From assembly GCA_963776275.1 (NCBI GenBank), contig CAVZMI010000014.1, positions 32,001-96,000 of the forward strand: DNA of 64,000 nt. Reading direction: 5' to 3'. This DNA is from Ignavibacteriota bacterium. Its GTDB lineage: Bacteria > Bacteroidota > Ignavibacteria > UBA10030 > CAVZMI01. The position numbers and the translations under genes are program-made. Position 1 is the stretch's first letter, and every line of letters begins with the position of its first letter. A model generated the notes under the pieces. It had not been told where the DNA came from. It searched no databases and saw nothing but the letters and a program-made list of their open reading frames with translations. Shown here piece after piece: positions 44,249 to 53,288 of this stretch.

Positions 44249-45626
44249 ATGATGTATCGTAAACTAACAATCGAAAAAGCGGAGGACCTGATTTTTGGGT
44301 ATGCTCCGCATCCTGTTACAACTCCACGGGGATTAGTCATCGGAGGCGGATTTGTATATCCCGAATTGAATTTTACTTTACCCCCGATGCAAATAAATAA
44401 TGAAACCTTATCAGAGGTGAAAGGCCACTATCGCCAGATAGTTACAGATGCGCTCGAGCATGCCGTGCATCTTCATTCGAGAGGAGTAATACTCGAGTTT
44501 GAGACCCTGACCGAAATGACACAAACGCCCGATATAGGTGTTGAACTGATAAAAATCATGAATGAAATCTGTGAAAATTATTATGTGCAGCATGGTTTGA
44601 AAAGCGAAATCAGATTGACTCCGAACGATCTGCGTGAGTTTGAAAGGCCGCCCAGGCAGAGGACATCCCATCTGCTGCAACCAATGCTGGAGTTATTCGA
44701 GAGAGGAGCCCGGGCCGGAGGAGATATGTTGTCGATCGAATCAACCGGAGGGAAAGAAATTTCCGATGACGCGCTTATGATGTGTGATATGAAACAATTT
44801 ATATTCAGCCAGTCGGTATTGGGGGTGCGCGACATGCAGATGCTCTGGGGAAAAATAGTAGAGATTGCTTCCCGTACGGGGAAAATCGCCGGAGGTGATA
44901 CGGCATGTGCATTCGGCAATACGGCTATGGTACTGGCCGAGAGAAAATATATCCCTAAGATTTTTGCTGCGATCGCAAGGGTAGCCACTGTCGTACGGAC
45001 GCTGGTGGCAGTCGAGAAAGGAGCGCGAGGTGCCGAATAAGGACTGCGCATACGAAGGACCGTACCTGAAGGCGATTACAGGCATTCCGATTTCAATGGA
45101 AGGAAAAACTTCCGCCTGTGCTCATTTCAGTCCCCTGGGAAATATCGCCGCAGCCTGTGCTGATCTGTGGAGCAACGAAACGGTTCAAAATATTAAATTG
45201 CTCTCAGGGATGGCGCCTACAGTATACCTTGAACAACTTGAATATGACACAAGGCTTATGAACCAGGCAGTTATATGTGGAAAGGGCGAGATACTTCAAC
45301 TCCAAAAACTCTTTGTCAATTCGGATGTTTATTTCGATCCGCAGGCATTTGTGCTTTCGCCCGATAATGTCATAGAAATCTCGAAAGAAATTGTGAAGGG
45401 TGAAAGCTATATCGACGCAACGAAGCGGGGCTGCCTGAAAGCGTTGGCTCTCGTTGCGGAGGCAATAAAAACGGGCCGGGTGATCCGCGATCCTAAGGAA
45501 GACGAATGGTTCATCATTCTCCGACAGGATATTGAAATGATACCTGTTAATGAATCGGATTTCGTGGAGCTGGTTCTACCCACTTTAGATCAAACGAAGC
45601 TACTCTTAAATGAGTATGGCTTATGA
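44249..45626 (+). CDS. mtaB: Methanol:corrinoid methyltransferase MtaB; frameshift near 45032
   Basis: DLIFGYAPHPVTT..GLVIGGG.VYPELNF, LSIESTGGKE, GDTACAFGNTAM. Removing one G gives GARGPNKDCAYEG...ITGIPISMEGKTSACAH.SPLGN...DLWSNE.VQN. Putative Zn ligands Glu/Cys/Cys are retained. Confidence 0.92.
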
Positions 45627-45832
45627 ACTAAATTGCGAATATTCATGACTTTATTCGAATCGATTGGAGTTGAATGGTACAGAAAAGTTGATTTGGAAGA
45701 CATTTGAACGTCACGTACTTCAAACAGGGAAGAGGAATCTAATACTGATTATTAAGACTATGTGAGCATTTGAGTTAAGGCCATCCGGGTATTTTTCAAT
45801 AAAAACATCAACCTGCGCGACGGATTTTTGGC

Positions 45833-45877
45833 TTGACATTTAGAATGATTTCTTATTATATTGAAACGATTCAATAT
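45833..45877 (+). promoter_or_regulatory. Sigma-70-type promoter overlapped by a second LacI-family-like operator
   Basis: TTGACA (45833-45838), -10 TATTAT or TATATT; palindrome ATATTGAAACGATTCAATAT (45858-45877). Confidence 0.78.
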
Positions 45878-46171
45878 CATTTGAACCGATATAAATCTCA
45901 GAGGGCAATACCAAGCTATATGAACAAGAGCAACTGCGTGACGTTTCTCTTGAGGGTGGAATTTTTGTAAAATTGGAAGAAAAGGTGTGCTCGCATTGGG
46001 AGGACTAAAATACTTACTCCGCAGGCGCTAATTTCGACTGGCATCTCCAGATCGATGTTGGAACACTATATTTCTTGATCATCGTCTGAATTTCTGTCTA
46101 CAAACCTCAGAATGAATGGAGATTAATTACGAAGCCGATAGGCAGTGCAAGAAGAAGTGCCTGAACATAAA

Positions 46172-47385
46172 ATGAAAACCCGAATACAAACATCTTTTAC
46201 TTCTTTTTTTTCAAAACTCCTTGGGTCTGCTACTGCGGTCGGTGCTAAAAACGACAACCAGCCTGTTTTGAAAGATTTGTTTAAGAATGACTTTTATGTC
46301 GGTGTTGCTCTCAATTTAAATCAGATTTCGGGAAATGAACCATACTCCCTCGACCTTGTGAAAAAACATTTTAACAGCATCTCACCCGAGAATATTTTAA
46401 AATGGGAAGAGGTTCATCCAGAACCGGACAGATATAATTTCGATGCAGCGACCGTTATGTGGCTTTTGGTGAAGAGCACAAAATGCATATAATCGGCCAC
46501 ACTCTTGTCTGGTTTTATCAAACGCCGGACTGGGTGTTCCAGGACGAGTCGGGCAAACCCATAAGCCGCGAGATGCTGCTTGAACGGATGAAAGATCACA
46601 TATTCACGGTGATGGGCCGTTACAAAGGCCGAATCCATGGCTGGGATGTAGTCAACGAAGCGATCACACCTGATGGCCAATTCAGAAAATGCAAATGGCT
46701 CGAAATTATCGGCGAAGATTATGTGCTCAAGGCTTTTGAATATGCCCGTCAGGCCGATCCTGACGCCCAGCTCTATTACAATGATTATAATTTGTGGAAG
46801 GAACATCAATGCGACGGCGTCGTCCGGTTGATCCAGAATTTGCAGTCGAAAGGCGTTCGCATAGATGGCATCGGCATACAAGGACACTGGGGTCTGGACT
46901 ATCCGAGTTTCGAACAGATTGAGACCTTCATAAGGGCTCTTTCCAAATTGGGAGTCAAGTTAATGATTACGGAGATGGACTTAACCGTACTTCCTTTTGC
47001 TGAAGATCACATGAACAAGGGGCTTTCATCCCTGGATTCAAAATTACAGAAGAAGCTAAATCCGTACACCGATGTCCTACCTAACTCTGTTCAAAAAGAT
47101 CTGGCAAATCGATACGCCGAATTATTTTCGTTTTTTCGTAAGCACCGGGATAAATTTAGCCGGGTGACTATATGGGGAGTTCACGATGGACAATCATGGC
47201 GCAATGACATGCCTGTCATTGGACGCACCGATTATCCGCTGTTGTTCGACCGTCAATTTAAACAAAAACCCGCCTTTGATGCAGTCGTTAAAATAGTTCA
47301 AGACCGTAGTTTCAGAACACAGATGTTTAGATTAAATAACGTTTTGGGAGAATATCAATATAGAAATCCTGCACTGTCGATTTAG
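46172..47385 (+). CDS. GH10 endo-1,4-beta-xylanase; frameshift near 46448-46450
   Basis: FNSISPENILKWE in ORF 46145..46492; GHTLVW, WDVVNEA, YYNDYN, GIQGH, ITEMD, TIWGV.D..SW, YPLLFDR in ORF 46459..47385. Confidence 0.92.
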
Positions 47386-47444
47386 TAACGCCAAAAAGAC
47401 ATGCAGAATTATTTCACGTAAAATTGTATTATAAGGAACTTAGT

Positions 47445-48662
47445 GTGGTGAATAAAAAAGATATCGAAATCGTAGCTGCCGGGCATACCTGCCTCGACTT
47501 AATACCTGCTTTTACAATTGACGGTAAGGTGGATAACCTTACAGACGTCCTTGTACCCGGCAAAATGATTAACATGGGTGAATGCGTCGTTGTGGGGGGA
47601 GGTCCTGTTACAAATGCCGGCGTATCGATCCGCCGGCTCGGCGTAAAAACTGAATTAATCGGCAAGATTGGGGATGATGATTTTGGTAAAGAGATCCTTA
47701 GCTGGTATGAAGAGCACGAAGGGCATTTTAAGGGGATCAAAATGGTTGACGGTGAATCCACATCATATACCATTGCTATATGCATACCCGGCATAGATCG
47801 TTTTTATCTTCATCATTGTGGAGCCAACGACACATTCGGCTATGACGATATGGATTTCGATCTTGTTCGGCGTTCAAAACTGATGCTATTTGGTTATCCG
47901 CCCTGGATGAGAAAGCTGTATGAAAATACAGGTCGTGAATTAACAAAAATTCTCAAAGAGACCAAAGAATTAGAAACAACAACTGCGCTCGATCTTTCGC
48001 TTCCTGATGTAAATAGTTATGCAGGTCAAATCGACTGGTTTGCAATTCTTAAAGATTGGGTGCCTCTGTCGGATTTTATGGTTCCCAGCGCGGAAGAGAT
48101 ATTTTATTTTCTTTATAAAGAAAAATTTCTTGAAAAAAAGGCGAAGCTCGGGCCCAAAGAGAGCGTACTTGACCATATGACCGTAAAAGAGATTTCCACG
48201 ATGGGGAGTGATTTAATAAGAATGGGGACGGCAGTAGCAATGATCAAATGCGGCCACAGAGGCTTATATGTCAGGACCGCCGACCAGGACCGGCTTAAGA
48301 AGATGGGTGCGGCAGGATGTTCCGATCTTGAAAACTGGGCTAATCGCGAGCTCTGGTTCCCTGTTTATCAGGAGGAAAAATTTGTAGGAGCACTGGGTTC
48401 CGGTGATTCGGCAATTGCGGGATTCCTTTCCGCGTTTGTGTGGAACCATACAATCGAATCATGCTTAAGGTATGCAAACGCTGCCGGAAGTATGAACGTT
48501 ACCGTTCCTGATGGTCTTACCTGGAATAAAGGGTTCGACGATTTGACAAGGCGTATTAAGGCGGGGTGGAAAACGAAAGATCTGAAAATTGACGAGACCG
48601 GCTGGAAGAACGAACGCGGATTCTGGGTGGGGCCCTCTAACCGGGGCAAATGGGAATCATAA
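47445..48662 (+). CDS. PfkB-family carbohydrate kinase
   Basis: GGGPVTNAG...LG...IGKIGDDDFG; GALGSGDSAIAGFL. Start approximate. Confidence 0.88.
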   Translation: MVNKKDIEIVAAGHTCLDLIPAFTIDGKVDNLTDVLVPGKMINMGECVVVGGGPVTNAGVSIRRLGVKTELIGKIGDDDFGKEILSWYEEHEGHFKGIKMVDGESTSYTIAICIPGIDRFYLHHCGANDTFGYDDMDFDLVRRSKLMLFGYPPWMRKLYENTGRELTKILKETKELETTTALDLSLPDVNSYAGQIDWFAILKDWVPLSDFMVPSAEEIFYFLYKEKFLEKKAKLGPKESVLDHMTVKEISTMGSDLIRMGTAVAMIKCGHRGLYVRTADQDRLKKMGAAGCSDLENWANRELWFPVYQEEKFVGALGSGDSAIAGFLSAFVWNHTIESCLRYANAAGSMNVTVPDGLTWNKGFDDLTRRIKAGWKTKDLKIDETGWKNERGFWVGPSNRGKWES

Positions 48663-48685
48663 ACGAAAAAAACAGGAGATAGAAA

Positions 48686-50512
48686 ATGGTAAAGAAAAGC
48701 AATGCGAAAAGAGATGCATTTATCAGTAAAAAATTGTCAAAAATGAGTTTGGAAGAAAAGATCGGCCAACTTTTAACGTTTACCAGGCGCGGCGCAATGA
48801 TAACGCCGAGCGGAATCGAACAAATCACAAGGTTGCAGTGCGGAGGTCTTTGCCTCGAACCATACGCGGTCGAAACCTGCAAAAACCTTTACTGGGGTAA
48901 TTCCCAGATAGATCAGAATTTTAAAAAGCCGCCGGGTTATTTTACCATATCAAATACCTATTTTGCCGGCAAATCCTTTGGCATCAGCATAACACCGGAA
49001 GATTATACGAAGGACTTGAATAAATTACAGAAAATCGCAATGAGCAGGCGTTCCGGGATTCCTCTCCATATGACCATTGATTTCGAAGGCGATTTTAAAA
49101 ACGATTACATGGCAGGTGGCATAAGACAGTTTCCGCCTCCAATGGGTATGGCAGCCATCGGTGATGAAAAGCTGACTTATAAAATCGGTTTAACCATTGC
49201 CAAACAATTAAGTGCTATTGGCGTTACGCAAATGTATTCACCGGTCTGCGATGTAAATATCAATCCCAAGAACCCTGAAATTGGAATCAGGTCTTTTAGT
49301 GACGATCCTGAGACTTGTGCAAAACACGCCGTCGCTTTATTGAAAGGTTTTCAGGACGGCGGCATAGCGGCAACCGCAAAACATTTTCCCGGAAGAGGTG
49401 ATTCGGCAACCGACGCTCATGATGTACTGGATGTAATCAGAGCCGACAAACAAAGAATGCAGGAAGTCGAATTGTATCCGTTCAAAGCTGCAATAGCCGC
49501 GGGAGTTCAAGCCATTATGACGGGGCATTCCGTTTATCCCGCCTATGACGATAAATTCCCTACGACTCTGTCAGAAAAAATCCTTACCGGTCTTTTAAGA
49601 GAGGAACTTGGATTCGATGGCGTTATTGTGTCCGACGCTATCGGTATGGCTGCAATCCTCAAACAATGGCCCCTTCCGAGGGCTTGCGCGTTAGCGATTA
49701 AGGCGGGGTGCGATACGATACTCCTAAAAGCTGATGATGAATCGAGATCGCAGTGCTTCTTTGGAGTCAAGCAGGCCGTCGAATCGGGTGAACTCTCTGA
49801 AGAGAGGATCGATGAAGCCGTGACACATCTTTTAAGGATGAAGTACGACCAGGGCCTGTTTGAGACGGCCGGAAAGAGGGATCCGAAAAAAGCTCAGGCC
49901 TATGCAATGAGCAAACAGGTCGTAGATTTTTCCTGGGATGTTGCCAAGAAAGCCCTGATCGTGATGCGCGATGATCAAAAAATGCTGCCTTTGAGTCCTA
50001 AGGAGAAAATGCTGGTTATCGAGCAGCGTATTCCCTATGAATTCTGCGGAAAAGATCCTTATATGCACCAACATATGTTCGCCGAGGATATGGTGGAGTA
50101 TACGCAAAATATGATTCTGGTCGATACCGACTTTGCGGCAACCGAAGATGAGTTTGCAGAGTGCCTCGAACTTGCCAAACAGGTGGACCTTGTCGTTATG
50201 ACAAATTATTACGCCCGAATCGTAAAGACGGGCAATAACCGGCTGCTTGTCAAGAAGCTCAAAGAAGCGGGTAAAAAAGTAGTCGTTGTGACAAACTACC
50301 CGTATGTGGAAGGCACGACAAATGAGGCCGACGTCGCGGTCTGCAATTTCAGCGGAACGCCTGATTCTATAAAGGCCGCAGTCGGAGTGCTTTTTGGGAA
50401 AATCAAACCCTCGCCTAAAACGAAGTTGCCCGTAGCGCTTGGTGTTCAACAGGAAAGTGCTGTAAAAAAACCGGCGCCCCAGAAGAAAACTCTGGACTTA
50501 TCGTATTGTTAA
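48686..50512 (+). CDS. Cytoplasmic two-domain GH3 of the NagZ-like clade
   Basis: IDFEG, IGIRSFSDD, KHFPGRGDSATDAH, IMTGH, LREELGFDGVIVSDAIGM; no signal peptide. Confidence 0.88.
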   Translation: MVKKSNAKRDAFISKKLSKMSLEEKIGQLLTFTRRGAMITPSGIEQITRLQCGGLCLEPYAVETCKNLYWGNSQIDQNFKKPPGYFTISNTYFAGKSFGISITPEDYTKDLNKLQKIAMSRRSGIPLHMTIDFEGDFKNDYMAGGIRQFPPPMGMAAIGDEKLTYKIGLTIAKQLSAIGVTQMYSPVCDVNINPKNPEIGIRSFSDDPETCAKHAVALLKGFQDGGIAATAKHFPGRGDSATDAHDVLDVIRADKQRMQEVELYPFKAAIAAGVQAIMTGHSVYPAYDDKFPTTLSEKILTGLLREELGFDGVIVSDAIGMAAILKQWPLPRACALAIKAGCDTILLKADDESRSQCFFGVKQAVESGELSEERIDEAVTHLLRMKYDQGLFETAGKRDPKKAQAYAMSKQVVDFSWDVAKKALIVMRDDQKMLPLSPKEKMLVIEQRIPYEFCGKDPYMHQHMFAEDMVEYTQNMILVDTDFAATEDEFAECLELAKQVDLVVMTNYYARIVKTGNNRLLVKKLKEAGKKVVVVTNYPYVEGTTNEADVAVCNFSGTPDSIKAAVGVLFGKIKPSPKTKLPVALGVQQESAVKKPAPQKKTLDLSYC

Positions 50513-50569
50513 TGACCCTGGTAACTGCTTAACAGAAATTTAAATAACTTAGTAAAGAGAAAATATCAT

Positions 50570-53146
50570 ATGCCGAAACCTTCCAGTTTAAAAATAAAAG
50601 ATATTTATACAATATCAGGATCGCAAATAAGTAAGATTTATGTTGATAATAAAATGGCGGTCCATTTTCAGGGAATGTCAAAAACTCTTCTATTTCCTCA
50701 TACCATTGCGCTTCAGGGTGCGCCTACTTGTTCGATAGGCATATCTCCATATGGTTTATACAATAGACTTAATAATGCCGGTAGACTGATCTTGATAAAT
50801 CAAAACGCAATTCAATTGGGCTCTGCACCGTTTATCCGTGTTCCTGCCCGCCAGGGCTTGGCAGGCGGGGGTGATAAATTTGTTATGCTCACGACAAGAG
50901 ATCCCAAGGCGGTTGAAGGTCCTGATGATGTGCCTGCTTTGAAGAATTATTATCATCCTGCAATATCCGAAAAGCAAACTTCTATTTCTATTGCTACACC
51001 TTTGGCGGAAATGACGTATAAAGTGGGGAAGGTTAAAGTGACAAGAAGAATGATTTCTCCCTTCTTATCTGGAAATGTCCCGGCCCTGATGCCTATCGGT
51101 GTAGAGGAATATGAGGTCGAGAATACTTCAAGCCAGGATCAACAAATTACTCTGGTATTCCCCAGACCATCCCTTGCAAATCTTCAAGAAAAAGAATTAA
51201 AGCCAAAGGATCAGGACACTGTCTATTTATGTTCGACACCGGTGAAAGACCATGTCCATGAAGATTTTAGATCTGCAGCCATCAGGGGAGTGGTCATGGG
51301 AAGCAAGGAATGCGCGGACAGGATGGTCATTGCCGTACCGGAAATAAACGGCGTGACAATAGATACACAACCTTACTTTTGCTTAAACAGACTTAAACAG
51401 GATTTATTGTTGAATGATGATGGAAGCTTTTATGAAAAGAGAGCACCAATATTGAATCAAGATTATGGGTCGGCCATCAGTGTTACTTTTACATTGAAGC
51501 CGAAAGCAATCATAACGATACCGCTTGCCATCGTTTTAGATTTCCCTCAACAGCGGTTTATTGATGGGAAAAATTTTGAACGTAAATATGTAAAAAGTTT
51601 CAAGAATAAAGAAACCAGGGCTGTGGATATGGCAAAATTCGCCCTGGATAATTATTCTGAATGGCTGAACCGTGCTCTAACAATCCAAAGCAGGATTTTT
51701 GATTATATACGGAAAAGTCCTTCTTATAAGAACGATAAAAATGGTGCTTTGAGATTAACCCGGTTGATATTAAACGAATTTAGTTTTCCACTGTCAAATG
51801 CTGCGGTCTGGGTTGAAGACGATGATGGCAATGATAGAGCCCGGTTCCTGGAATGTTTTGATTACGCTTATATTAATCCCTCTGATGTTGATTGGTATTC
51901 GATGGTGCTGCTTGTACTATTTCCCAATGTAGAACGAGAACTCTGCCAGCGGTTCATTGACTCGATTCTGGCGGAAGATCTTACACAGCGGTTTTATCAT
52001 CTCCATGGGTCATTTGTCGAAGCCAGAAAGCATTTTCAAGAGCATCCAGAAGAATACGAAGGCAAATCACTGACCCAGATAAGAGATACTTTCAAGATTA
52101 AAGGCAGTGTGGCGCATGATTTAGGTGCTTTGGTGAAAGGTCATGCCCTGCGCAACGTCAGTGATTATGCCTGGTATAATAATAACTACTGGGTGGATCT
52201 TTTCCCCAAGCTGGCAATCAGGGTACTGCGCAACGTTAAATTCATGGGTGATGCAGAATTTCTAAAAAAGAATTGGCAGACGCTGAAATTTGGATTGGAA
52301 TATCTGCAAACACTTGATATAGACGGAGACGGTATCCCCGAGGGTAATCCCCATGAAGTTAAAAATACATTTGATAATTTAACATTGTTCGGCCTAGATA
52401 GCTACGATGCGACTACCTTCATGGCCGGCTGTCAAGCAATGATAATAATGGCCGGTATGATGGAGGATGAGCCGGCAAAAAAACAATATGAAGCGAGTTT
52501 TGAAAAAGCTTCTGCGGCTTTTGAGAAATTATGGAGAGATAAGAAAAACAAAAAAGGCAGAAGATTGCAGTATTACGTCACCTGTTATGACACTATTACA
52601 AAAAAAACAAACACAGATGTATGGACTAATCAGTTGGATGCCCTGTGGTATCTAATTGCAATAGGAGAGAAGCCCTTTGTTTCGGACGAGAGAGCAATAA
52701 AAATCCTCAAGACAATTTATAAGAATAACCGGACCACCATGGGCTGGGCTATGTGCCGGACGGAAGACGGGGAAGCAGTAGAATCGGAACAGGGACAAGA
52801 CGTCTATACAACATCCAATTATGTTTTTGCACAGCTTCTTGATTATTACGGATTGGTAAAAGAGAGTAAAGAAGTATATAAGGCGATGGATAAGGTTATC
52901 TTCCAGCATGCTAATTCTTTGATATCACCCGACAATCTGAGAGCAGAATTAGAAAAAGAAGCGGGAGAATTAACCGCTGGGTCCCATTATATTGTAGCTG
53001 CTTATCCCAGGCCGGGTGCGGTATTGACACAGATAGTGCTGCAATTTATAAAAGAACTTCAAGAACGTGCAGGTAAAACAAAAATAGATTCTCAGCAATT
53101 GAAATCTTTTGTCACGGATTTATTTCTGAAATTTGATCAGAGTTAA
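50570..53146 (+). CDS. GH116-like (DUF608/GBA2-type) glycoside hydrolase, cytoplasmic
   Basis: FLECFDY, DVDWY, VAHDLG, WVDL.PK, DIDGDGIPE, NTFDN, NQLDALWY, YPRPGA pattern of the (alpha/alpha)6 catalytic domain. Confidence 0.75.
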   Translation: MPKPSSLKIKDIYTISGSQISKIYVDNKMAVHFQGMSKTLLFPHTIALQGAPTCSIGISPYGLYNRLNNAGRLILINQNAIQLGSAPFIRVPARQGLAGGGDKFVMLTTRDPKAVEGPDDVPALKNYYHPAISEKQTSISIATPLAEMTYKVGKVKVTRRMISPFLSGNVPALMPIGVEEYEVENTSSQDQQITLVFPRPSLANLQEKELKPKDQDTVYLCSTPVKDHVHEDFRSAAIRGVVMGSKECADRMVIAVPEINGVTIDTQPYFCLNRLKQDLLLNDDGSFYEKRAPILNQDYGSAISVTFTLKPKAIITIPLAIVLDFPQQRFIDGKNFERKYVKSFKNKETRAVDMAKFALDNYSEWLNRALTIQSRIFDYIRKSPSYKNDKNGALRLTRLILNEFSFPLSNAAVWVEDDDGNDRARFLECFDYAYINPSDVDWYSMVLLVLFPNVERELCQRFIDSILAEDLTQRFYHLHGSFVEARKHFQEHPEEYEGKSLTQIRDTFKIKGSVAHDLGALVKGHALRNVSDYAWYNNNYWVDLFPKLAIRVLRNVKFMGDAEFLKKNWQTLKFGLEYLQTLDIDGDGIPEGNPHEVKNTFDNLTLFGLDSYDATTFMAGCQAMIIMAGMMEDEPAKKQYEASFEKASAAFEKLWRDKKNKKGRRLQYYVTCYDTITKKTNTDVWTNQLDALWYLIAIGEKPFVSDERAIKILKTIYKNNRTTMGWAMCRTEDGEAVESEQGQDVYTTSNYVFAQLLDYYGLVKESKEVYKAMDKVIFQHANSLISPDNLRAELEKEAGELTAGSHYIVAAYPRPGAVLTQIVLQFIKELQERAGKTKIDSQQLKSFVTDLFLKFDQS

Positions 53147-53288
53147 AGACTGCACCTGTACAATTTGCTTTTCATAATTTAAATATGGAACATATGGTAA
53201 AATGGGGTCAATTTGAGTTTGTAGTAAATAATTCTTCTCGGAATCAGAATTTGGAAAAAATTATCTTACATGTAATATAAAATAATCT

